Below, in pieces: positions 45,410 to 60,400 of a DNA stretch of 64,000 bases. The stretch is from contig NC_134026.1 of NCBI RefSeq assembly GCF_964204645.1, positions 20,990,150-21,054,149 of the forward strand, in the 5' to 3' direction. The notes under the pieces were generated by a model. That model was not told where the DNA came from. It did no database searches and was given only the letters and a program-made list of their open reading frames with translations. Made by a program: the position numbers and the translations under genes. The DNA is from Tubulanus polymorphus. Taxonomy: Eukaryota; Animalia; Nemertea. Numbering within the stretch: position 1 is the first letter of the stretch; every line of letters starts with the position of its first letter.

Positions 45410-48400
45410 TTACGATGCACCATCGGCCGCTATCGAATTCACTGGCGTGTTAGGGATTTTTTTTCCGGGAGGGCCTTTTATTATTCTATACTCACTGTCT
45501 TCTTCATCTTTCTTGGATACGATCGATTCTAAATATTTCACTCGGCTTTTGAGATCCGAAATTTCGACGCGTAACCGGGACGTCATCTGATCCATATTCT
45601 GCTGTACGGTCCGCACGGATTTATTCAAGTCCTGTTTAGAGTCAATACAGAAAAACAATCGTATAGCTTAATCGCTAATTTTTTCGGCTGGCAAGTTATT
45701 TCGGTTCTCAATCCAATCTACAGCAAGTAACTAGACATATGTTCTTATGAAGTATACAGATCTTATATTGAGTATGCGACGTTATTCGAAGTACTATCCC
45801 TCTGAAGTAAAGCTAATCACCTTAACAATTTGCCGATTGGGTTGAATTCAAAACTGGTAAATGAAATCGACCCCTCGGTAGCGTTGATATTTTGTGTAGC
45901 TGGATTTATATATTTATATATATATCTATGTATCGTTGAGGGGTTGGATTGCTAGTTTTCTTTAGATCGTAGATACAGCTAAGGAAAATACTACATACCG
46001 ACACAGTCATCGTCAGAGCCTCTATGTCATTGCTTAACGAATCAGTTTGCGCACCTGAAATATTATTGCATAGGGAATTACTCGCGAGTCATTAACCGAA
46101 AAAAAAATAGTTGTTTCCCTTGAAAAAAACGTATCTTATTGCAGATGCAGTACCACAATTACGTATTTCTCGGTAGATATTTCTTACTTGATGGTCTGTG
46201 TACTCGGCTGGGTCTCAGTAATCCTGGTGGTCCAGGCGGACCAGGTGGCCCAGGCGGCCCGGGTCTTCCTGGGGCTCCGTGGTGACCAGCCGCTCCGGTC
46301 GCTCCAGTCGGCCCCGGCGGGCCATCGTGTCCGTCGGGGCCGCGCAGTCCAGGATATCCTCGCAATCCCTGTCGTCCCGGTCTGCCCGTAAACCCACGCG
46401 GTCCAGTTCGACCAGTTGGCCCTGGTAAACCGCGTGCAGCGGCTTTACCGGCAATACCCTCAGGCCCTATTGGTCCTTGTTTACCCGGTTCCCCTGGACT
46501 TCCTGGCTCACCTTTCAATCCATCTTCTCCCGGCTCGCCTTTTTTCCCAGTTGGGCCTGGTTTTCCTTGTGGTCCTGTATCCCCTTTAGGCCCCAGTGGT
46601 CCAATGGGTCCTCTTTCACCAGAAGGCCCCGGTGAACCATCAAGTCCAGGCCGCCCTTGAGGACCTGGTGTACCTGGTTGACCAGAAAAGCCATCATTTC
46701 CTTTTGGGCCAATGGGCCCTTCTGGTCCCGTTATACCGGGGATGCCTGTTGGGCCTGGTGGTCCTGGTGGACCCGGCGGACCAATCGGACCTGGAATAGC
46801 TTGGACTGAAGGTAGCGATTTCAATTGTTGCGCTGCAGCCCCAGTTAGCTTTAATTCTTCTAATCTATTGGGTGGTGCCTCAGTGGGCATTTCTGTCGGT
46901 ACTGTTTTGTAAATGATTTCCTTTATTCCAGGTTGACCGGGAGGACCTGGTGGACCAATCGCACCAGTTTCCCCTTTAGGTCCCACTGGACCAGGTTCTC
47001 CTTTGTCCCCTGAAGCTCCCGGTTCTCCGGGAATTCCAGGTACGCCGTCGGTACCATCGATACCATCTACACCGATCGGTCCAACTGGCCCCGAAGGACC
47101 AGGGTCACCTTTGGGTCCAGGTGGTCCCGGCGGACCACGATTCCCCTTAGGTCCTGGGTCACCAACAAGTCCTGGAGCGCCGGTTTCTCCCCTTGGACCG
47201 ATTGTACACGTACACGGCTTCGCGACAAAGCCCGCGGCAAATGCGCCTGTTTCCTGGACCTGAAACATCGAGGAACACGAATTAGATGCCGATAATGGCC
47301 TTAAAATAGAATCGCTTAAGAAAACTAATTCGACGCAGAGATTTTCGTTTGAAGAATCAAGCTGAGAAAGTTGGTCGAATGAATGCAGTTCTCATTATGA
47401 AACTGGGATGAAAAAAGCAAAAGGCTCGTGCAAATTTGCTCACTGAATGATAGGTACCTTGTTCTGAAGCTCGTCTATTCTTTCCGTCAGATTTTCTATT
47501 GTCGTACAATTGAAGCATTCTAAAAAGAACGGCCAGAGATGAGCGTTGATCAGAACCAACCTCAATAAGGGATGTATTATGAATATTAAAATTAGACGCC
47601 ATGACATCATATATTAAGCTGCATCATTTTAGATGGAATATGGTTGCTGGTGTAGTCGAGTGAGTAACATTGAGATCTTTTGAACAACCTCCAAACTAAT
47701 GTGTTAATCTGAATCTGTTGAACGATGAAGTGATCAAATCGTTCGATAACATTTAGGTTCTTCCTACACGACGAATAAAAAGATTGATTTCATACCTTTA
47801 TTGCATTTTGGTCCGTCGAATCCGGGACAACATTTCCATTTGTTATCAACTATGACTCGAAACGTTTTGCGGTACGTTGGTCTGTGTACTACCCTGAAAC
47901 GAAGAACAATTACCGAGTGGTGTATCTATTTTCAAAAAATATTGACACAAACGAAACTCCAAATACGGTAGCCAAGTAAACTTATGATCGTTATTCATAT
48001 CATGAAGTATAACAGCAAGTGTCTCCGAAAAAACTCTTGAGAAACACGCAGATAGCCTTCGTGAAATGATTTCGATTGTTTTTGAAGTAGTTTTCATTCA
48101 TGTCGTATTACACATAGCTTGCATTCTAAACCTTCGCTTATATTGGTCTAAGTTACATTAATAGCGTTAATTTTACCCAGTCTTGCGCAGCATAATAGTC
48201 GATAGCGGGCATAATTTCAAGAAAATGCCAAAATCTGATTCAATTTTTCTTGTTTCATTTACACGTATACGCTACAAGTTCGCTACTGCTTTATGCAAGC
48301 CGGCTTTCGAAAAGCATACATAACTTAAGTCATCTAACTAAACTAGATTTTACCTTATGCCGCCGCAGTTTTTATCGTACGGCCAAAAATTGCAGCGTCT

Positions 48401-51400
48401 CACCACCCGTCGGATATATGGCTTGGTGCCGTTTTGTTCCAGACACGATACAGTACGGGTCACTTGATAAGCGCACCAATTCCTGAAAGAAATATTCACA
48501 TTAAACTGTGTATCTTAAGTTTAGGGGAGGGACTGGAAGCAGTCGCGATATGCAGATCGTTTGTCTTTGGGCATCGACTGTCAGGAGAGAAAACCATTAC
48601 CCATGAATGTTTGATTTATATGAAACATTTTTCATACAAATTCTATTCTATTCAAAACGTTATTTTCATTTAAAACATCGGATGCTCATAACATCTTGCC
48701 ACTTCATAATAAAGAATATTCATAAGGACAATGAAATTATCTATCTACCCATATATCTAAACGTTCGAAACTTCTACGGACATGGATGAACGATTTTGTT
48801 ATCGGCTGTTTCATCGAAAAAAAAAACATGTTTTAGTTGATTGAATTGCGTAAATTAGGAAATGTCTCTCTAAGCGTCAGTGATATCAATTTGATTAGTA
48901 TGCCACTCATAATAAACACATTGGTGAGTTTTGTGGTGTTATTTTGTCATTGACTTATTTACCGAATCTGGGTTAAAAGTTGTGTCGGAAACCTATTGGA
49001 AAACAAATCATTTTACTGTTTATTCGATGACTGTTCATCTATCATACGTGCGAGGCATCTAAATAGACGATGGACATCGCGCATTTTAAGCCATGTAAGC
49101 CGATGGCCAATTCAAAGACGAAATCCTGGACTGCAACGATGAACCGTTAAGGCTGGCTTATGTCGACAAGCAACGCGACGCCTACCGACTCCTACCGACG
49201 CAACTGAGAGCAACCGCGATCGCAGCCCAGCTTATGTCGACTGCGCTCCGATTCGCAGCAACTGAGGCCGACTAGCGGGATATGAGATCCTCCCAGTTGC
49301 TTCCCTGCTTATGTCGGTTGCGATTGCTGGCAACTGCAACGGCTCAAATGGTCACGTGATAAGCATTTTGAGAATAAATTTGAATTATTAGGAAATATAC
49401 CTCTATTAGAAAAGCTATTTCTTTAAGACTGTGATCTTTCTGATTCTGTTTTGAATACAACGTGCTCGCGACATCTATAAAGATGGCCGCTCACACCATA
49501 ATTCAACCAATTTCGTTCCTAGATCTTCGGTCCACTCCTCTGCCGTGCTGAAGGTTTGGTTTACGTTTTGAACTACTTGAATTTGAAAGTTTATGATGAA
49601 ATCTAAGCGACGAACGCCGACTAATTACGAATGACGCTAACTAGCGGTGATAATTTGTACTATGTATATGCGGTATCTCATTGGCTGGAACCCCTGCGCT
49701 CAGTTCCGTCGCGTCGCAGATGAGCTTATGTCGACTGCGATCGAAAGCAACTGTCCGCCTACCGTAGGCCGGAGTAGAACATGGGCAACTAGCCGGATAC
49801 GGCTTGCGACGAGTCGGTAGGCGTCGGTAGGCGTCGCGTTGCCTAGTTTATACGTCCATGGAGTAACGTAATAATTGGCATACATCATTTTCATCGTCGA
49901 TCATAAGGTGCCTGGATATCCATGTGGATGTATCAGCCTTTAAGTCTCTATCCAGGTTCCTGTCTTCAATTCTTTTTGATAATTTAGGCTTATAAAATTA
50001 AACCTTGTAACTCCTAATCGGCCGGGTCATTTTGTAAATCGCAATAACATTTTAATCAGTTCATTTCTATAGCTGCTGTGTCTGTTATGGTTAATAGTTT
50101 GAACATGCGTTTAAAATATAACAATTAGACCTACAATTGGCGTCCGTTTTGGCGTTAATTTTGTAATTAAATATCTTTTATAACTCTCATGTTCTATTTA
50201 CTGAATATTCATTTCTTTTAAATGGTGAATTTCGAGTGGATGTGCCCTACGTCATCAATGCTGGGGCTAGACTGGTTTGACTGGTTGCCCGTCAATGCAA
50301 TTGTTGATAATTCAAACATCAACACTACGGCACAACGTTTCTTGCAGACGACCAACAAAGGTTCAGTCGAAAGGTAAACGGAAATTGTATTCGTATTGAA
50401 CTATGCAGACTGCTAATTGTTTACATAATGTATCAAGCTAATGGGAAGTCTTTTTAAAAGATTATTTCAAACTGTCATACATGCATATCCAATATTTGTT
50501 AGCAAATCAACCCCATTTCAGTTATCTACATATATCACTAGGTGAAGGGACAGGAAACAAGTTAAATGCGGTATAAAGTCCTTGCTTATTAGCGCCTGGT
50601 AATTCGGTTCATCATCCGCCACTCCACACTGACGTGTCTCCGCGTTTCATATAGCAAAATGGAAAAACAATTGACAAATTTTCTTAAGCGGACAGAAATT
50701 TCAAAACGATTTTATCTGATTATCATACGTGCAGGAGATGGTATACTGACTTACAGAAGTTATCACCCAAACTAAACAAAAGCTGTTGATATGATCAGGT
50801 GAAATATGCGCGGCAAAATATTATCACCCCGACTCTGATGATTACTAGATTAGTACATTTTACGCTTGTTTTCGATCTCAGGTCCCCGGGGAGCGTGTTT
50901 ATAGCCGGCGAGAGGTGAAGAGAAAATATCGTTTCATAAAAACAATATCAACACAGGGCATTTCAAACTAGATAAGCCTCCAGTTACCAAAACATAAACG
51001 AACAGAGCATCTACTATGTGAATGCTCAATGAACGGATTTCTCGCACTTGAATGAAACCTAACTTTCGATGGGAACAAATCTTAGATTTATTTTCACAAC
51101 TAGTCTATTTAAGTGATATACGAAAATAATGCCGCCTCGGGAGAATTGTCACTGAAAAACGGTCTCAGGAAAGTAGGAAATAGGAAGTAGGAACAGATTC
51201 CCCATATACAATATCATTATTCTATTTAAATTACATACATGATCAATTATTTGCGTAGATAACAAATAACTCATTGAAAATACTAAATTATTTACAATTT
51301 GTGGTGTTAACAAGAAAAAAAAACAAACAATCATTTCAACACAATGAAAAATTAAATCAACAAAACTTTGATCACTTTGAACTCATGAATCTGCGAAGTT

Positions 51401-54400
51401 TTCCACATAAATGTCACGGCAAGATTTGTCACAATTAATGTGCATAATTTGGCTTTTAACCGTGGACTCTACTATCCGTAGACATTCAGTTGTCATCGAT
51501 CGTAACTGAAATAAGCGGGGAAGCAACTGGCTAGATCTCATATCCCGCTTGTCGGGCTCAATTGCTGGAAATCGGAGCGGTCCACATTTTAAGCTGTGCT
51601 TCGATTGCGGTTGCGTTCAGTTGCGTCGGTAGGCGTCGCAGGTCGATATAAGTCAGCCTTAAAACAAACGGCCCATCCACTCATCCTTCGTTCTAGACAT
51701 GTGGCGTTTGTCTGTCTGAATTATACTTAGGTGTAACTTAACTTAAATACTAAGTTAGTAAAGACTGGGACATTTTTTCTCAACTTACGAATTGGGACAT
51801 CTTTTCCTGGGAATCTTTTCCTACATTCAACTCAAGTACGATATCTCGATTCAGGAACACCGGGCGCCTCCGTATACTATACTGAATCGAGGAATTTCGA
51901 CCATTCATTAATAGTGTACCACATGGCATGTGTTTTGGAAATATGAGGTTTCGAACAGGAAAAAAAACGAAGTCAATGAACTTAACTGCAAAAAATAATT
52001 CAGAAGGAGGGCATTATCGAACTGACGGAATGTGAATACAGAATATGTAAATACATATTTCACATACATGAATGAAATGAAAAACATACAGCTCAATGGA
52101 TACAGCTCAATGGATGGCAATACAATTTATACATTCTGACATGACAATCGACCCACAAGATGGAAAGTTTCGGTCGTATTTCTGAGAGCCATTTTTCAAA
52201 AGATCATTATGGGATTTCTTCAGTGAATCATTGTCCATCAACCGTTAGAATACGAGAGCTATAAATAATGTCCTGGGCAAAATTGATCCGAAACAAATAT
52301 CTCGGGTAATAGATGACCCGGGTCTTACCCGAAAGCTTTTGTGCCGGGTGAGACTCGAATCATTTTTACGTCTCAGCGCATTCAGCTTCGGAATGCATGT
52401 CGAAATGTGAATATTACAAACATTTCTTCATCAATTGTGATATTATTTTCCATTCAATCATCTGCATGGAATCTCAATTATCAATGTGTATTCGTTTATG
52501 AGACGAGAAGATACACAATATCCGTGTAAGATGAATAACGAGAGAAATCCCACAATAAATTCAGCCAAAAAATGAAAAAGTTGTGAGGTAAAAAGATCTG
52601 TAAACTATCGCTGCCGACGTTTAAAGCTCAAAAACGTAAATGTTCGATTCAAACGAAAATGTTCCTGATCATGGCTTTCCATGTCTAAACCGAATGATAG
52701 TGCCATATTATGCATATAGATGAAAACTGAGATGGCTGTTAATACGATTCTCAAGTTAGTCTACAATTATCAATTAACTGTATAGTCATAGCTTCGATAT
52801 CTGCCGCTAGTTTGCAGCATCGTATTCCAAGATAAAACTCGCCGTTTAGTCTTAAATCGAAAAAAGAAGCTTAATTTCTCGGTTGATATTTTGCTGTTGT
52901 CGACGATGTTCTATACGTATTCATCCGTGCGTGGGTAAAAGCGTTATCTAATGATTTGTCTTCGTTGTACTCGGTAACAATACAGTTTATATGGCGCCTT
53001 CGTTCCTGGCCTTTGGCGGGAACATAAAAAAACCTCATCGATAGAAATCTACCCAAGATAAATAGAACCCCAATAAGCTTTATTATTGCGACCTTTCGTA
53101 TATACAGGAAACCATTTAGGAGATCTGCTGAAAATGAGATTGCTTGAGATATCGGCAGACGAGATCTATATATATATATATATATCAAACTCCGAGTCAA
53201 GAAGACACTGTTCACCGCTCAGACTCGCCCTGCAACAAAACGCTTCAATACATCAAAACACCCAATTCGTGCGCCGAAAAATCCTCTTTCTTACCAAACT
53301 GGACAAATGTTTGCTTTACGCCGGCGAATGGACACAGTGTATAGATGCGTTCTTTTCACGTGGTCGCTGCCGGTTATGCACGAATGGAAATCGTGTATCA
53401 AGCTGGATGCAAACCATGAGTTCATATTGTTTGTCAAACCAGAGAGGTGGGAGTGTCAAACTAATCCTTCAAACGGATTTCGACATTCTACAATAACGAC
53501 TCCATCAGACTACGCTAAAACCTGAAACATCGTAATTCTCCTGAATCGTATATGAACAGAATCTGATCGTCACATTTGCATAAACTAGCCAACGATTAGG
53601 TTTAAACTATCGGTGGGTTTAAAAGATCTACAATATTAGGAATGATTTCGTTAAGAACTGCATTTAAAGCACAAAGTATATTCAAAGTTATGCTTTTTGT
53701 AAGACAAAGAAAGGTTATGAAATATGGGAGAGTTAAACCGGGAGATGCGAACATAATGCCGTAATATGTCTTCTTCTACTACACATCACTTGTAATAAAA
53801 TAACATCCGCCAATAACCGCAACCGCAGGCAGTTCAGAAAACATGCACATAGGGATTGGTGCGTGTTTTCTTATCATATGAGGGTTTACTTATCATTTTT
53901 GGTATATCTGTACTGTTTACCTGCTAGGTACTATTCTAGTCCCGTGATATGTAAGCCTGGAGATGCGCTCGTTATTTCACTTTTGCTTTATGTACTGGTT
54001 TAATACCGCGTTTGTCGTAAAAACGGCAAGACTAGGTTTTTGACACACGCATGCGCGTGATGTATTATACCAGGGGTGGGTCTAGGGTCTGATTCAGAGT
54101 TTGGTGCACCCCTAGAATTTGGAATATCATAAAGAGCACCCGAAAAAACCATTGGTGAAAAATAATCATTTTCGCAAGAACAAGCTTTAAACTTTTTTGG
54201 GTATCGGTTTAATGTATTCCCGTAAAACTTCCGGGTAACTTGGACATTTTCGGGGGTGTGCACCCCCTGCACCCTCCCCTTGTATCTGCTCCTACACCTG
54301 AATTTGTCAACAACTATCAAAAGAGTGCTCAACGCGTGACGAAGTGTACTTATGCCAGGACAGGTTAAAGTACGGTATAAATGTACTTATAATCGAAAAA

Positions 54401-57400
54401 ACATTCCCTGCGTAGAGTGAAAAATCATTTGGCTAAATTGAAAATTAATCTTACTGCGAAAAGTCGGCCATTGACATTACGTTTCCGTAATTAACCCAAC
54501 CACGTAGAATAAATCCCTAATCAATTACCAATATACCCCCGTCCACGCGGAGATGTTTAAGTTCCCACAAGTTACGTCGGCAAGGTTATCACGACGTGAT
54601 ACGATCCATATGTGAAAGTTTTCGCAAGCGGAAATCTCAGACCACAAAAACTCTCAGAAGAAACAAAAAATGTCACTCAGTCACCGGCATTCCGTAAGAT
54701 AAGCGAGTGGGAGTGGAATTTTCGGCAACCGCTGTCATGTGCGTCGATGTTTCGGAGGAAATGACGCTGAAAGATATATCGGTATTGAAATTGATGATGA
54801 CAAAGATAAGTAAATGCCGATAATATATCGGACAGTCTGCGGCTGACTTGGAAACATGAACAGTTTACAGGGGTGTAGGAGTAAGTTTTACGTTCTGCGT
54901 GTGGATCTGGAGCTAAACGTGGCAAAGATATATAGACGAGCAAAAATCTCAAATACTACGAAACGATATTCGATAATGGATGAGTCACGTTCACTGCGCC
55001 ATATTGCATACAGCCCTTGATGTTCTTTTTAATTGGGTCGAATACTCAATTGGCCATCATTTGCCACCTTGGATATATTTTTTATCTATAATTATGTAGA
55101 TACGAATTTTAAAGCGATTTTGTCTGTAATTGCCGAGCCGATGACACGTCGTAATTCAGCCAAAGCCTTTGTTCATTTGCGTAATGCGCCGGATAATTGC
55201 GCAGATCTAATTCGGCAAATGGTACTTTTTTGCTCGTATAGGCAAGTCGCGTGTACACACCAGTTTATTAGCAATAACCTGTGTTTATATCTTTACCGTA
55301 ACGCACTATGTACAGGAAACAGGAATATAATTTTTGTTTAAAAAGACGCAGATAAAAATTTCTAATACAACACCATACATATATATTCAAATCAGCGCAT
55401 ATGTGTGCATATGTGAAAACTGATTGTCACCTTACATCACAAATACGATTATATTGAATGTGTTTTAATCATTTTCATATGAATCAAGGCAAACCTTACG
55501 CTGTTCAGGTGCATGTTATAATCTCATCGTGAAATAGTTTAATTCATGTGAGAAGACTTTTTAAAAACTTGAGTCTTATCTACATCTATGTCGCTATAAA
55601 TATATATTTTCATATATATTCAACGATTACTATTTAACAAAAGCGCGTTGGTTACTACCGAGAAATGAGGAAAAAAATGAAGAAAAAATGATATTAGATT
55701 CGCGTTCAGATAAGTGAACGCTTTTATATTCAATTCGATTTGAATGCAATAACATCATAACAAGTTAACTTATTGTTGTTACGAAATTGATCGTTCAAGT
55801 CTGTCAAAATAAGGTGACTTGCGCTAATTTCTAGAGGGGTTTTAACCTTACAACTGAAAAGGTGTTTTTTGGATTCACGAAACGGTGTGATCATGTATGA
55901 ATTTCAATTCGCAGCACCAGAACAGGTAGTATTTGCGCTCTTAATTCACGCAATTTTCAGGTGAAACTCTTTCAAAGAAAAAATTCCTTTCCTTCGTTAA
56001 AAACTATGTCATGATCGGCTTACAACGTTTTATCAAATGTTTTAAAAACCGGACTCGAAGTTTTCGTCGCATGTCTTCAAATGTGTCAAAGTGTCACCGA
56101 ATTTAGCGAACCCAGAACAAACAGTCTTTGAATAGAAACGACACTTTTGGCGAGGCTCTTTGAAATTGCTATTAAAAAGTCACCCGTGAATTCATCTGGA
56201 ATGTAAATAATAGAAAAGCCGAATGGAAATGTCAAGTCGGATTATATACAGTGTTTGATTTGCGGCGAAGAAAAAGGCCGGCGGAGATCATCTTTCACGT
56301 GGGTTACTGAACGAAACGCAAGTTGAACGTCTCGACACACGGCGAAGAGCTATTCCAAATGTCGCTCGACGATTGTTCCCAAGTTGATTTTAATTTATGA
56401 TACTTTCGACCGCATTTTGTGCGGCGTGATCGAAGGCTGTTCCTTTTTCGTCCGATCGTTTTAGACGATATAGACTGGAATGCGGGAATGTTGAAAAACT
56501 ATGCACTTCTACAAAAGCAAATACGGCGGGTCAAGCCGCACCGAGAGGTATTAGCGTACAGCACAACAATGGAACCCGACTGTGTTTGTCATTCGCAACA
56601 AAGAAACTATTTTTGCTTCGCTAGAAAGTTGCCGAGATATCTTGAAAGTTTTTTCGATCTGGAAATTTAACGTAATCAACTTGGCAGTGAACGTCCTCGT
56701 TATTATGATGGCAATTAATGTTTGACCCATACTCCTGGGGGATTCCGGGAACATCCTCTTTTCGAAAGTGGTTGTAAACATAAGATTTTCTAGATACGAA
56801 AAGAATTAATCGTAGGTAAACCCTTCTCCGCGGAACATGTATAATGTATATACATTTTGTATATGTTTAAGATCCTGTTTACAAAGATAGTTTAGATTAT
56901 ATAAACACAAAGGAAAAACTTGTTTTCGTAAAAAAATGATTACAAACGTATCAACTGAATTGAAATATCTGGTTTTTGTGAAATCTAGACTTAGAGATTT
57001 TTTTCTGGGGAACAATGCTTTTCTCAGATAATAAAAATAGAGGAATATCAAACCTACCTAAAGAATATTAAACAATACAGCAGTCATGAAATTGTCTACT
57101 TACAAGTATAGAAATATAACAGCGGTTGAGTACATCTTTAGATTCCACTGAGATCCGTCGACCATGACAAAAAATCTCCTGGACCTCCAATGAATCGCAG
57201 GGATTTGTAACGTGAATGAGAATATTATAGTTCCGGCTAACTTTTTCTACTAAATGTAGGTCATCTTAAATAGACAACGCACGCGTACGCTGCAGTCATG
57301 CAGTTGTTATAGAATCCGCGCGTGATTCTTGCACCATTTTCGACCACTTTCCTGGAATTTCAAATCCTCGGCACATAATCTACAATCTGATACACATCGG

Positions 57401-60400
57401 GAGATAGGAGCAGATGTTTGCGATATTATGTGTCATTCAGAGTATCTGAATAGAAGCCTCGATGCTTTTTGTTTGAATCGGTATAGCAGATTTGATCGGC
57501 CGGGCACAGCCGCACAGCAAAAATGTTTAGGTTCAAACGACAACAGTAGTAAAAACGTTATGCATTCACTTCCAGAGTTGTTACTCCTTTCGCCGAGCGT
57601 AGTGATTGTGAAAAAAATTGTTTCGTTAAATGACGCACCGCCACCGACAGCTCGCAGACGAATTAACATTCTTGTCCCTATTCCACAGAATCGAAGCGCG
57701 TTATACCTATTACACCTCCATCTTGGCAACCGTTCTTAGAAAAAACAATTAAAACCCGAATTTTACGATTTACACAAGCCGTTACCAGTTTGACAATATT
57801 TCTTAACACTGTACGTCTAAGACCAAAAATATTTCGACGAAAATCCAACCGAGTATTTCTTGATCTAGGCTAGCATGTGCAATTGACTTTTACAAACTGA
57901 AAATTACTTTTATTCACGGAACTTTATCTATTCCTATATCTAATAGTTTCGAAGAAAGGGCATAATAAGGCAGTATCTAAACCGTATGGCATCCGGAATG
58001 TAGATTTTTAAGATTTTTCACTTTTTTTAGTTCGTATCATTTATCTACAGAATATCGACTCGTTGTTACGTTAGAACGCGCGTATAGCTTACGTCGATGA
58101 AATGTAAAATAACAACTAAGTCAACAACACATGATACACGAATGATCAAACATCTTCAGTGTTCATCCGCGTCTAATCTGTTCATAAGGAGTTGCTAGAC
58201 TTTTTTATAGACATCATTTAATCGCTGTCACACTTGACCGAGTTCGGGTAACAAGTTCAACGAAAAATAAAATACTCCCGTAAACTATTTCAAAATCTAG
58301 TTCATTTTTCGTACTCGTCGACCTCTCATTTAATGTCAGATTTTACGAACGGTCAGGTAGGTCTTTTATCGGCAATGATATCGATCTACTGCATTCCACG
58401 GCCTAAAAACGATCAGAATGCGACAGATTTTAGAAAAAGATTTTGCCTGTCCTCAATTTGAATAAATAATTTGCTGTTAGCTTTTTGTTTATTGTATTTT
58501 CAAATTCTGGTTATCGAGTCTTATGCGTATCCTAGAGAACATATATCTTTATTTACTTTTTTCAGATACATAGGTGCCCTTATTTTCATAACTATTGGAA
58601 AATTTGATTTTTAACAAAGTATAGGCACCGGTGAAATTTTGAAAGTTCCTGATACAAAGATCCTAGCATGAGACTCAAGAAAACGTGTTTTGACTTTGAA
58701 GTTTGACTCACTATTACTTGAAAACACAAAAAATCATTGAAAATATGAATAGGTTTGATTGTAAAAAGCAAAGAAAAACTACTCATACATTTCAATTTGC
58801 TATTGATCCGGAAAATTTCGAAATTTTGAATCCGTCAGAATTATGAGGTATTAAATGAAAAAAAAATCGAGATAATATGGAGAAAAAATTCAACAATTCC
58901 GGACCCAGCGGGTACCAAAAACATGGTGCCTGGAAACTGTTAAAAAGGCTTATTGGATGTCTCGATTGTTACTGACAGAATTTATGTTACGTTGAAACTA
59001 ATGCATATGGAGGTTTTAAAATGTTTACCGCTCAATGCAAACAGTTATTAGCAGTCGCCACACAGTTCGTTTATAGTTAAGATAATAACCATGTACTCTT
59101 AACTACCTCGTTTTAGAGCCCACGGTAATTCGTACGTGTAAAGTTCAGGTGTCACTTCGTGATAATGAATGACGTACGCTGGGTTTTCGTAAGGTGTTGA
59201 AAAAAATATGCTTGGACCCCTAGAGATTCTAAATGAAATCTACAAGCATGGGACTGGTACCACGGCTGTGTTAACGGTCTACGAAGGTGATGATAACAGC
59301 ACCGACGATATGCCTAGACGTACCGACTCGATATTATGTCCAAATTATTCTGGCGATTTCATATGAATAATGGAACAAAATAAGATTTCATTGAACTATG
59401 GACAATCAGAACATCACGATTCTCATGTATTTTCGAATAGCCACCTTCGAAAACTATGCCTAGATATTGCAACGCGTTGAAGTATGGTCTGCCACCTACA
59501 CGTGAAATCATGCAACTTCGTCAGTAAGTTTTGAAAAAGATAGTTACATGCTATGAGCGAGAGATAACCCACTAAAACTTCCTGGTTAATGGCTTTTCGC
59601 AACAGTATTTCGCCGTTTTTGGCTCACGAGATAATGAGGAACTCAAATAGAAATCATATGAAAAGAACGTAGTCTACGTAAGAAAATTCTAGCGTGGGTT
59701 ATTTCTAATTATTAAACACATGTATGGCGCATGTTCGGGTTCGAGTTTTTCCAGAGGTTCACTGCGTTTATACATACGATAATAAATGAAATCATACGAT
59801 GTATGAGAGTAATTCCAGGTGTATATTGTAAAAGAGAAAGACACCGGCTCGGCCTTTTTAGGTAGGCCTACAATGTGTTGTTATTGCCATAAGACCTATT
59901 ACTCGTTTTTTATTGGCATAGACAAATGGCAAACTCTATGAGTTGAACCCTATATCCTAACCTTTACCATCGAGGAAGAACCGCTTACCGCCAATTGCTC
60001 AAAAGTTGGTTAGAGTTAAACCAGAGGATCTTCAACCAACTTTTGAGCAACTGGCTCCGGGTCAGTCAAGATCTAGAGTTAAATAATTGCCTCTAAAACG
60101 AATCGCTTGAGAGCCCATTGTTAAATTGAGCCGGTTTTCACACTACAGCCAATCTAGAGTAAATTCACGCAATAAGTCTTGGACGGGTTCTTTTCTTCAC
60201 ATTATTCTTCTGTCTTATATTTCGCTCGTCCCGAAATAAGGAGTAATCTTAAATTGACTAATGGTAGTTAAACATGGTTCGTCTTCCAGTATTATTATTC
60301 CAAGAAAGGCTTCTGCCTGGTCCATTACTAGAACAAGAGTGGGTGTTTAGGTTGCCTTGCTATATCTGTTTAGGCTCATACCGGTGTTTTTGATGTTTTA

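Noticed and set aside
46188-47263. Plus-strand Gly/Pro-rich ORFs
   Set aside because: Antisense shadows of the collagen exon.
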